Below, in pieces: positions 52,671 to 64,000 of a stretch of DNA of 64,000 nt; the stretch's first letter is position 1, and every line of letters begins with the position of its first letter. The position numbers were made by a program, and so were the translations under genes. The notes below the pieces were generated by a model. The model was not told where the DNA came from. It searched no databases and was given only the letters and a program-made list of their open reading frames with translations. Source of the DNA: Gnetum montanum (taxonomy: Eukaryota; Plantae; Gnetophyta); the NCBI GenBank assembly GCA_015680685.1, contig MNCI01000357.1:340813-404812 (forward strand), written 5' to 3'.

Positions 52671-55600
52671 ATGTCATCTTCTCATAGGCATGATGAATCA
52701 AAATCACTAGTATTCCAATAATTCAAAGTGTTGTACACTCATTTAGATGAGTTTGTGCTCAATTTCACCATCATCCTACATTAAGATGAATATTTGCAAT
52801 GGAGAGATATGAAGGGAAATGTTGTGTTGCCTCTCGAAAAATCTATTCTTGAGATGCTGCTTCAAATTCTTAAGAGGTTGGGCATCTAGGATCTCCATGA
52901 TGAATACGTTGTGTAGGATGATGACCATTAGGACTACCTTCCCACTAAAACATAATGCAAAAGAGATAAACACTAGGAGAAGTTCCATGAAGCTATGAAG
53001 GGGAAATGGTTCACTAACCCCTTGTTTCTGCTGAATCAAAGTGACAAGGATGATCCTCTCTCTGGGGGTTCTTAACATGAAGATTCTCCATCCCTTGAAT
53101 TTGATGAAGGGGAACTTGAACTCATACTTACACTTCCCTATCAACAATCCAGGTTTAGGTAGAAGTGGGAATCAAGATAGGGGCTAAAGAAATCATTATG
53201 ATGACTGTAAACTTGATGATCATAGCTGTGACAAGCAAAGAGGAGGTGACAAACATCATGGTGATGGCAGTCCTCTTTCCTCTTCACCCTCTTCATCTAC
53301 ATCTTCTTCTTCCTCTTATGGTTCTAGTTGAAATCATAGGGGATGAAACCATGATGGAGGTAAATGGTGAGATAATGAACATATGCCCCACCATGAATGA
53401 AGGGCTAGCATGGGACATCATAGGCATCACTGAAATCATGATGATGATGAACCTTTGCTAGCAACTTAAAGCATGCTAAACATCACAAAGGTAGTTAGAA
53501 TTTTGACCAGGCATATAAAAGATAGTAGAATCAAGAGGTTGGATATGAACAATATTCCCATATTGAGGGGGATATAACTTAGATCCATAAAACCATCTTC
53601 AAGCCTTTCATGATGGCTATGCCTTATGAAACATAGACAATGATTGGTAGAAACTTAATCTATTTTCCATGATACTTACAAAAGAAGCAGAAAGTTGGCA
53701 CTACTTATTGGAGCTAGAATTCATTTGCAGATGGAGTACAATACTTGAACTATTAAATGACAAATATTAGATGTACTCTAGAGTGTCCAATTTGAGAAAT
53801 AAAATTCAAGGCTAGTGAAAGAAACACATGAACCCTTGGACATGACCATAGAAATGTATTACTCTCTCTTGCATAGATGTCCTAGCCATTGTTATTCTTA
53901 ATGAGAGTAGCTTCACCATATCATAGATGGACTTTGATCAAAAATAAGGAGAACCCTTGGGGTCTATGACTAAGGGATATTGTCAGAACTTCAAGGTCAT
54001 TCGATTCAAAGGCTCATTGAGTAGGTTGTAAAAGAAGAAGATAAGTTGAGAAAATAGGAAAGTGCTAAAAAAGTATAATAGAGATCCTTCCATCAGAAAA
54101 AAGGAGGTCTATTTTTATGATAGTGAGGTGGAGGCATCACTTGATGAAGTGGTGCAGTGAAAAACCCTATTGATTTAGAAATTTGTTTCTAAAATTTTTG
54201 CCAAGGTTGATAAAATGTGAAAATATTTGGATGAAAAATTCCAAATAGCTCTAAAAATAGCAAAGACATCCAAAGAGAAAAGTGGCGATGATGATTGTAG
54301 GAGAAGAAAAAAAGTTAAATGTGCCTACCAAAGGGGTGAGGGCAAGGCGATTGTAGTGGAAGAGGTTGTAGAGTTAGAATCAAATGATGATGGTCGATGT
54401 GACATCTACCAATATGAAAACCCTAAGGAATGTTTCCCTATTATGTCACACTTGTAGAAGTCTAGGGTGTTTGCTTTAAATCCTAGATTGGTAAGAAAGT
54501 AATCACCTAGAAGATTGTCTTATCCTCAAGGCAATTTAAGGTAGTTCCACCAGCAACAATAAGCTTATTATCCAAGTTGAGCTCCACCACAAGCATATGA
54601 GTAGTAACAATAGTGGCAGCATCCACAATTATGGGGGATGCCACTACCAAGGTAGTAGTACCCTTATAGGTAGCTAGATTTGTTTAGGTACTATGTTCAA
54701 CAACCCATGTCTCTGCATGACTCTTCCACTCATGCTTCTTTTCAGCATTACTATTACCCTCCAGAGTACTATAGAGATCATTCTTCATCTCCTAGAGGGG
54801 AATCCCCATACCCTTATCATCTTCCTCATTCTTTAGCACATGTTCCTCCATCCTAAATCCAATTGCCACTTGTTTCATTCATGCAGGATGAAATTCCCAT
54901 GCAACCCTAGAAATGTAATGCTACTAGGGCCATTAACTTACAATTGGTTCCTCAGTTAAGTGGTTCAAAACCTAGACCTAGGAAAAGACCATTCTTTCAA
55001 ACCAATAGTCCTACCAAGCCCTCACTGGCTCATGTAGATATTCATCCCATGTCTCCTTTATCCTCTACATCAAATCCTTTCAAGAACCCTTCAAACCAAA
55101 TGTCTCCTAAGTTCTACATAGTCATGTTAATCCACATTGTATTTGATTGGATCAAAGTTGGAAACCTTTCCCAGAAAAGAGTTGATCATAGAAGTCCTCT
55201 CATCTACTTGTAGATTGTTGGAAATGAGCCATGAAAGGCTCCTTGATTAAGGTTCTAGTGTTAATCTAATTTCCATGAAATGTACAACACTTAAAACTTG
55301 CCTCCTCTCAAGAAGAGAAACATTTGTTTAAAATTGGTAGATTAGTTCATCATTGTTACCTTGGGATTAGTGAAGGACATTGTGACCACTTTCTATGAGT
55401 AGTTCAACCCTACTAATTTCTTGGTGATCAAGGTTAACAATTATAAGATGGATTTTCCAATCATTATGGGAAGGGCTTGGTTGAGTAGTATTGATGCACA
55501 AATGAACATTAGAGATCTTTTCCTAGAAACCTCCAAGGAGAATGCATTTAGAAAGATCGAGAAAAAAAGAGTTCTACGCATCACATATAGATGTAACTGT

Positions 55601-58600
55601 GTGAAGAAGTTATGATCTATCAAAAACACATTAATCAAAGCATACAGATAGTGTGTAGATGAATCTGAAATTCAAAAGTGATTGTACATAGTAGTTACAA
55701 AATAGGAGGACACCCAATGGTTAATGCTAATTTTGAAAGTAGCACACTTTGCATAAAACCAACCAAGAGCCTAACTTGTGCCTATGTTAAAGGCATGAAT
55801 GAACTAGAGCAAGTTAATTGCTAACTCTATGATGATGAAGTTGATGATATCAATTGGGGAGAGTTAGAGATCCTTGAAAATTTCAAATAGGAGCCCTTAG
55901 ACTTGAAAAATCTACGTATCAGCATGAAATATGCATGTCTAAAAAATGGCAAGTTCGTGATAATCAATGCTAACCATGCTCCTAAGCATAAAAGGATGTT
56001 GTTGAAGGTGACCAAGAATTAGCCAGTAACCTTTGCTTGGTCATATCCTGAACTCAAAGGGATTGACCCTAGGATATGCTAGAATTACATCTATATTGAT
56101 CTGGCCATGAAGCCAAAGAGGTAGTTGCAGTGGCAATTAAACCCCAAATTGAAGTAGATTGTAAAAGAGAAAATTGAACAACTCCTCAAGGTGGAGTTAA
56201 TCTATCCAATTATAGTCCACTCATGATCATGCCAAAGAAAGGTGCCAAGTAGTGGATCTCTATTGATTTTAGGCTATTGAACATGGCAATATTCAAAGAT
56301 CATTTTTCATTTCCATTTGTGGACTAGATGTTGGACATTATCTCTATGCATTTATATTTCAACTTTCTACATGGTTATAGTGGCTATAACCAAATTCAGA
56401 TGGCACCAAAAGATCAAGCCAAAATAACATTCACAAGCCCCTAGGGGACTTTTGCGTATAAAAGAAATGCCTTTTATCCTGTGCAATGCCCCTATAACAT
56501 TCCAATGCCTTATATTTAGTATTTTTTAGCAGTAGATTGGTAGTGGGGTGGAATTTTTCATGGATGAATTTTCCACCTATGGTGCTACAGTTGAGAAAGC
56601 CCTGGATTGCCTTGAGCAAGTGCTTAAAAGGTGCATGAAGACCAATCTTCAGCTTGATTGGTAGCAGAACCATCTCATGGTTTAGGAGGACATTGTGTTG
56701 GGGCACAAAATCTTATAAGTAAGGATTGCGGTGGATCGTAAAAAGATTAGGATCATCTAGAATAACCCACCAATTGGAAATCATTAAAGATGTTCAATCA
56801 TTTCTTGGGCACACTAGCTACTATTGGTGATTCATAGAGAATTTCTCTAAGATCACTAAACTATTGTTTGAGCTTACAAAGAAAGATGTTTTGTTTTTAT
56901 GGACCAAAGAATGTGAAAAAAATTCCAACAACTTAAGGAGAAGCGTTTAGAAACTCCAATTCTATGAGCACTTGATAGGTCCCATTCATTTCACATCATG
57001 ACAGATGCATTGAACTATGTCTTGGAAGATGTGCTTATGTAGTTAGATGATCAGTAATGTCCTTATTATATCCACTATGTAAGTGAAATAATTATGAATT
57101 CACAGCTTAATTACACCTTAACAGAAAAAGAGTTGATGGCGGTGGTGTATGCCTTGAATAAATTTAGGCACTATGTGCTTGGATAGAAAGTGTTTGTGCA
57201 CACTAATCATAGTGCCATTTGCTTTCTCATGAATAAGCCAATGGTGAGTCCTAGTGTCATACGGTGGCTATTGATCTTATAGGAGTTAAATATTACAATG
57301 GTAGATCAAAAGTGATCTAAGAACATTACCATCAATCACTTGTCTTGATTACAATGGGACAATAAATAGGAGAGCCCACTCTTTGATCAATTTCTTGGTG
57401 AACTCCTCTTTGCCGATGTAATAAATGAAAAAGTGCCTACTAAACCAAAATGGTACAATGTCATTCTCACTTATCTTCTCACTCAAGAGATGCCACAAAA
57501 GTTAGACCACTAGAAGAAACAATAGTTTCTTCATCAAATCAGAAATTTCATGGAAATCAAAAAACACCTTTATAAGGTGTGTGCTAATGGCCTAGTTCAT
57601 TGGTGTGTTTCTAATGTGGATTAACTACGTGTTCTCCAAGATGCTCATGAGGGCATTTGTAGGAATCACTATGTAGGTAGATGCATTGCCATTAAGATCT
57701 TGTTGGTAGGGTATTACTAGCTAATAATCTTCAAGAACTCTCACCAATTCGTCTACTTTGGTGAACACTATCAACAAGATGGTGGGATGATTGCTCAAAT
57801 GGAGGGGCCTCAATAGTGGATCCAACCACTAGAATCCTTTGACATTTTGGGCATAGACTTCATGGGTCCCATAATGGCCATGTCAAATGAAAAGGCATAC
57901 ATAATAGTCATTGTTAACTATTGTACTAAAGGGGCAAAAGTAGCAGCTATCTGCAACTATACATCTTCCACCACTATGCAATTTCTACAAAAAAATGTTA
58001 TAAATAGGTTTAGGGTGCCACATGCATTGAATTTTGATAATGGTACTCTATTTATAGGCACTACCTTTTGCAAGATCATGCAACACTTGGGGGTCAAACA
58101 TAAACTAACAACACACTATCATCCCCAAGCTAATGCTTAAGTTGAAGTCACCAATAAGGAGATCACTAAGATCTTAACGAGAAAAAGTAGCAAATATGGG
58201 AGAGATTGGAGCACGAAGCTCAATGATGCCCTTTGGACCTACTACTCCACATAAAAACTCCCTAAAGGCTACTCTTCCTATGAGCTACTGTATGAAAAAC
58301 TTTCAACTCTTTGCATTTAATCCAAGCATCATACACTTTTAAAAGCCTGACTTAGATCTTGACCTTAGCCTAGCACAAAAATAAATATTGATTAACCTCA
58401 ATGTTTTAGATGAGAATTGATTAGTGGCCCTATCATTGAATGAAGTGAAAAAGGCATTCAATAAAAAGTACCATGACCTTAAGATAAGAAAAGTTCAATT
58501 TTACCCTAGAAACAAGATCCTCTACAAGAACCCCACACACATACCTTAATGATCTAAGTTTTGAATGTTGTGTAAGGGGCCTTATATCATTTATGAAACA

Positions 58601-58699
58601 TTTTCTTCTAGAACCATGTTAATTTACAAACCTGAGAGCCCAAACAAGAAGCAACTAGTCAATAATCAACAACTCAAACCTTTCCATGAGTCCAAGTAA
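52671..58699 (+). pseudogene. Highly decayed gag-pol of A3
   Basis: LLD*GSSVNL and IIMGRAWL (protease); KDHF, GYSGYNQI and FMDEF (RT); TDA and NYTLTEKE (RNase H); GIDFMGP, FDNG and HYHPQAN (integrase). Confidence 0.88.
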
Positions 58700-60359
58700 G
58701 CTAGTGCAAGTAATGCCTCATCGGATGGACACCCATGCTCAATTTTTCGAATCTTCTCCTTTAAAGTTAGTCATGGGGGAAATGTTCTTCTATGCTAATT
58801 ATTAAAGTGGCTTCTTAGTTTTGCTACCTTTATGTTTCATAGTTTCTTTTTAAACACCTTTTTGTTCTACACTTTCTTTGTTTTTATACATTTTTGTTCT
58901 ACAATTTGTTATTTTTCAAAAAAAAATTTTACAACATTGTGAGTACGTTTTATCTTTCTTAGATATTTCACAATTTCTTTTATATTTTACTTTATTTTGT
59001 GAGAATTTTCTTATTATTTTGCTAATAAAAGTGCTGTGTTGCCAATAAGACATAGTGATGTTGTAGTTGTTTCTTATTGGTGGTTTGTACATAATGTTTT
59101 TGATTGCTAATGTCTTGTTTCTATTTTAAAATTTTGATAGCTGATGACTAAGGTAAATTTTTTTTTTCATGGAATAGGCAGTGAGTCCACATCATCCACC
59201 CATCCACCAACTTTATGGTCTTCCTAGTTTTGGAAGTGTGAGGTTCCTTTTTCATTAATAAAATTTTAATGAACTTGTGACCTTGGTAGTTTTCAAACTT
59301 GGAAAAGATTCAAAGGTTTGAACAAAGTGTAACTTCAAAGGGATTCAATACTCTTTGTACCTTTCTACTTGCTTGAGTGCAATTTTTTTTATGGATTTCT
59401 TACCATTCATTGTCAACCAATAACATGAAGTTGAATAAGTCTTTACATGGTGTGGTTCCCATTGAAAAATATATAAAAGCATAAAATTCAAAAAAAAAGA
59501 GAAAAAGAAAAAAGAAAACAAACACATGATGGGAATTTAAAGCACACCCCTTAGACAAAATAATGGAATACAAGAATTAGTTATGGAACTAGAAAGACCT
59601 GTTACCCATGCTTGAAAGTGCTCTCTAACTAAAACCTTTTCCCACTTCTTACTTCCCTTTTCTTCTCAAATAAGAAATGGTGATTAATTTGTGGGATCAT
59701 TCTTGTGTCTCGAGGTGGTGGACTGGTCTTAGATTGGTGATGCAAAGTCACTAAAAATGGTTGGTTTTAATCTGGACCAAGGATGGACTTTATCGAGTTA
59801 TTAAACCATAAAATTCACAAGGGACTTCATGTGACCATGACTAGGAACTCTATTCCACTTCCTCTCTCATCCATTACTGTTTTCCATTACTCACCTTACT
59901 ACCGGTTTCCATTTTTTTGTTCAATGTCTTAGTTTGAAGTGTCTAAATTCTTAGATAGATTTTTCCATATTTGGTCTTTAACTTCTCATCACCATTAATC
60001 AACTATGGAGCCCTCAGACTCCTTGGTTGAGGTTATGCAAGGGTAAAAAAGGAATGTACCTACTATGGAAAGGACCCACTTGCATATCTCTTGGTTGGAT
60101 TAGCTAAGTTCCTTATCCTTAGGCATTTTGACAAGCAAATCTTTCATGTGCCCCATTGATGCATTCAATTGTGCACTACTTAAGCATTTTCTTCATAAAA
60201 TTTCTTTCTCCAATTTTCAAAATGTTCTAAAGTTAAATCCCTCTTCTAATGTTTTCATCATGTTCATGGCTTTTCTGGCTCTCTACGGATACCAATTTTA
60301 TAAGAAACATCTTCATATTTTTCGAGATGTTTAAAGTGACAATATTAGGCATAGGCTTT

Positions 60360-60450
60360 GTAGATGGGTACCTGTCAACGAGGCCCATACATCAATGGGA
60401 CCCCGTATATGGGATCCTATTGATGTAGGGGTCTGCCCACATATAAATAG
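60360..60450 (+). promoter_or_regulatory. Candidate internal promoter for the A3 aORF
   Basis: Decayed CCATCGATGG-type motifs (catcaatggg ~60389, cctattgatg ~60417), as in the A3 LTR U3, followed by TATAAATA at 60442. Confidence 0.45.
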
Positions 60451-60896
60451 GTGTGAACACTTAGCAATTTTTACATTTGCTCATAAATGAGGGAAAAGAT
60501 TTTTGAATTTTTCAAAGCCTAGAACCTTTCAAGAGCCATATTTTCCTAACTATTTGTTCAATTCACTTTGTTCTTTAACCTTGTAGCTATTGAATGTAAG
60601 CTCTTTGTCATTGGGCCCACAAACCTTAAGTTTTAGGCAAAATAATTTTTTGGAAAATTTCTAACTCCCACAAAGGTTTAACAAAAAAACTAACATTAAA
60701 ACATCAAATTATAAGAGTTAAACCCTTCCAATAAGCTCTGGTAACATTCTAAGTTAAAAATCATCAAAATAATAATAAAATAATTAATTTTCCATGGTTA
60801 AAACTTAACCTAAAGTGTAATCACCCAATGAGAAAGGTACTTAAATGTTATAAGTTACACATTGAATGCTAATCTTTGATTATGTTGTGACCATAG

Positions 60897-61316
60897 ATGG
60901 CACCTAAGGAAAAACACATACAAGAAGGATAACCATCCCAACTAAGGGACAAATGGTTAAGAATGGGAAGGGGCCAAGAACAAGCCCACGAGCAAGAAAA
61001 GACCCATGTAACGAGACCTCTTTGAGAGGAGCCTAAAGTGGTATCTATCCAATAGATTCTCAAAGAAGCTATGAGAATAGAATGGTCTCATCGAGATAAG
61101 CCACCCAAGCCTAGACCAAACCTTGGAATAACCTTGATGGAAGCCTACCTTAGGTAGATCATGAATAAGAAGGTCTAGAAATTAGTTCTTCAAGAATTAA
61201 ACTTTGGATCTTTTCTAAAGTTCACACCACTAGAAGTCAAAGCTCAGCTGAAAAACTCTCCCATGTGGCCCATAATTACTTCTAGCAGGGAGTCGTACAT
61301 GGGAGAGACATATCTC
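60897..61316 (+). pseudogene. aORF of A3, 5' part, truncated by LTR insertion
   Basis: MAPK...QELNFGSFLKFTPLEVKAQLKNSPMWP..YMGETY aligns with A1 MAPK...MELNSGPFIEFSPEAIRDHLKGSPLWP..YLGETY. One frame with internal stops. Confidence 0.75.
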
Positions 61317-64000
61317 TGTACTGACCTAAATCGTCGGTGTAAGGCTGGAAGGGAAACAGACACCGAGGGATCTTTGGGCAGCCACAGTGGACCCTGCCTT
61401 CGCTTGAGGGCAAGCTGGAAAAGGGAACGAAGGCAGAGTGCCTTGTATGGCTTGCACGCAAATCAAACAAGGACTTCCCCGAGCGTAAGCTACGGCTAAC
61501 ACTGGGGTTATCGTAAACGGTATGTAGACGGAATGTAAACAATGATACGAAGTGTAAATAAAGTGTACTAAACAAATTTTATATTGTAAACAAAACGTAA
61601 ACTGAAGTAAATAATGCAAGGCGATAATGAAACTGTATTGTATTGTTTTTGAAAAATGTGCACCGGTCAAAGCGTAGTTGCACAAGTATGAATGGCAAGT
61701 CAAACGCCTAGCCCCGGAAGAATATGATGCGAGGATGGAAGAAGAACTTGAAAGTCAAAAATCGGATTACAAGTTCGGCCTTTCTTTGGGATCGCCAACT
61801 TCTCCAATCTTTGCCTCTCTTGCTTGTCTTGCTTGTGTTGCCTCCTCTTCCGTCCTTCCATTTGTGTGGATTGATGAAGTATTTATAGGGTTGGGCTAGA
61901 ATTCTTGGAGGCTTTGTTTAGACCAGGTTTAATGCACCTGTGTGTTGGCAATCTTGACCGAGTTTACAACTTCCCATAAAAAATGCAAATACTTTTAGCA
62001 ACACAATTTGAACATTTTGGAGAGGTTAAGGTCCAGCGGCGGCTCCCTTGATTAAAATTATTTTATTTTTAGTTGGTTTGGTGAGGAAAAATTCGTAATC
62101 ATCGGGAGGAGGAAGGTAGCCGGTGGTGGACAGCAATGAGACGTGTGGCAGCAGCGCAGGAAGAGCTCTTGTTGTCAGCGACGGCAGTGGACAGCGAAGG
62201 GTTGGCAGCAACAGGAGCAACGACAGAGAATGCAGAAACAGCAGCAGAAGGAAACGAGGGCGGCGTAGCAAACAAGGGCGGTGCGGCAGGTGAAACGCGG
62301 TGGAGTGCGGTGAGACAGGCGAGGGCGGCGTGGTGCGCAATGGGGCCCAGAAGCAGCGGCGTAGTGGCAGAGAATAGCGGACGCGTGCAGCGCAAGGTGG
62401 AGCGGCGACGCGGCAAGGTAGCACGTGGAAGGGCTGAGAGCAGCGACGCGGGAGGAGACAGCAGCAGTGGGAAGCAAGGGCGGCGGAAAGCAGAAGACGG
62501 CGCAGCAAACAAAGGCGGCCCAGTAGGTGAAACGCGGCAGAAAGTAGAAGATGGCGGCGCAGCAGGTGGGTGCAGTAGGTAAAATAATACAGCAGCGCGA
62601 TGGGAGGGCAAAGGACGATGGTGCGTGGTGCGGCGGCAGGGATGTGGCAGGTGGCAGACAGCGGTGCAGACAACAGCGCGGCAGAAGGGAAGGAGCAGGC
62701 GACGGAAAGCGGCTGGTCAAAAATTAGTGGTTCTTCATTGGCCCCTCTTTGTTGACGTCTGGAGGAATTCACCTGAGAGGCGTCGACAAAGAAGTGCAAA
62801 TCACCATGAGCAACAAAGCATCAAACATTAACCATTAGCTTTTGGCTGGATATCATTGCACCATTTTCAAAAGTACATGGGATGTGGTTCAAGATGCAAG
62901 GGAATCGATTGTAACCAGGGAATCTAGGAGGTTAAGGGCTATGATTACTGCTGGGATTTGTGGGAAGAGTGCTCTCTTGTGCATGAGCTGTATTTTGGTC
63001 CTTGTCCATAGCCAATGTTCAGCAGACTCGGAGCCAAGCGGGACTCTTATAGAGTATTTGTGGGGCCCGTTGTAAACAGCCAAAGCCACGCGGTGATATG
63101 CAATATGGTTTCTTTGAGACACAAGTGTGACTGTTTTTTCAAGACAACTACCTTCTCGCCTGGGGCTTGTATGAGAATGGCCAATAGTCTTTTGTTCATG
63201 ATGTCAACGGGGTCTTTGAAGACCTTTTCCGTGCATTTTTCTCTTTGACCATTTTTTTCGTTTTTTTTTCGGTCTTTTTTGAACGAGCTTTCTTTTTGTG
63301 TTGTGCTCGTGTTTGAGCACTTGCATTTTGCATCATGTACTCTATATTGTGTTTTGCATCGCAACTGCTTAGAGAGCTACAGTGTGCAACAGTGTACCAA
63401 GAGTTTTGAGATGGATGACAGGTATCAAGGGGGATGTAATCGAATAGGATAAGGGAGTCATGATGGGGAAATAGGAAATGTGTCAGGAGTCAGGAATGTA
63501 CTTATAAATGGATTGATTAACCCAGTTACGTGCGTCAGGAAAAATGTGATACCTTGTTGTCATGATGAAGCACATCTATGCACGAACGCCTCAGAAGTGT
63601 CATCCTGCAAACACCACTCCAAGAAGACAAGAAAACCACAAATGAAACAATCAGCTAAACACTTTAAACAAGGAGATGGAGTCACCACGTGCAGCTTTTA
63701 AAGCAAACAGAATCATGAACAGCATCAGTTTCACCAAGCCCCATGGGATGAATCATGCAAAAAGTCTCTGTGGAATAGGAACAACCATCTGCAGCAACAG
63801 ATCTTTTCAAATTTTGCCTGGTCGTAGTCTTAGCAGACTATTGTGGGTTAGTTTTACGTCATAACCCCTTGGACGGTGCCAGTTTAGCATCGTAGCAAAC
63901 AGTGCATTGCTAGTTTATAGTCATGGCGGACAAATGTAGCAGTTTAGTGTCATACCGGACAGAACTCTGTGGTATCAGTTTTAAGTCATGATCCAGGACT
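61317..64000 (-). mobile_element. Young Tat/Ogre-like Ty3/gypsy element: 3' LTR 62737-61317 plus 3' internal region running out of the window
   Basis: Minus strand: PPT AAAGAGGGGC precedes TGAAGAACCACTAATTTTTGACC (62737). TATA ctataaata at ~61885. LTR ends GGTCAGTACA at 61317, exactly where A3 aORF homology stops. CpG-rich. No pol in the window, so the lineage call rests on PPT and terminus style. Confidence 0.72.

Larger units (their letters stand above)
51617..61316 (+). mobile_element. Autonomous-type Athila-like element A3 (same family as A1): 5' LTR, gag, pol, aORF; interrupted at 61317
   Basis: LTR 51617-52510 (TGATGAGTCA...ACTCATTA). PBS ttggcaccattgccaagga. gag aligns with A1 gag at nucleotide level (53582-54050 vs 15862-16340). 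Confidence 0.88.

Noticed and set aside
62026-62831. Stack of long overlapping ORFs on both strands (257, 181, 170 and 148 aa)
   Set aside because: They lie in the GC-rich U3 of an LTR, where stops are rare. The translations are low-complexity and contain no domains.
61317-64000. Endogenous pararetrovirus or DIRS interpretation of the GC-rich end
   Set aside because: The PPT plus TG...CA boundaries fit an LTR, and no viral or tyrosine-recombinase ORFs are seen. tggtatcag at ~63970 is only a partial PBS match.

Overview
AT-rich land-plant nuclear DNA (lineage not determinable from sequence alone). There is one intact host gene: a 3-exon secreted HAD class IIIB acid phosphatase on the minus strand (9782-7876), inside a small CpG-retaining island (~2.4-10.9 kb). 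Most of the rest is nested retrotransposons, many resolved by LTR termini, PBS/PPT and target-site duplications (TSD). An old ~5 kb L1 LINE (minus strand, ~12990-48400) is split by three LTR insertions, each carrying a further insertion: a pol-less Athila-like element containing a Tork/Tnt1-like Copia; a Tekay-like solo LTR containing a full Athila-like element; and a SIRE-like Copia containing an inverted SIRE solo LTR. Further right, a Tekay-like LTR contains a decayed autonomous Athila-like element, which is interrupted by a young GC-rich Tat/Ogre-like LTR. The most interesting observation is a three-member Athila-like family (TGATGA...ACTCATCA LTRs). One copy lacks pol but keeps gag and a conserved extra 3' ORF. 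That ORF has a leader-intron-like acceptor, and in the autonomous copy an internal TATA preceded by the same palindromic motif found in its LTR. Element decay is dominated by CG/CHG transitions. All alignments and counts were done by eye.
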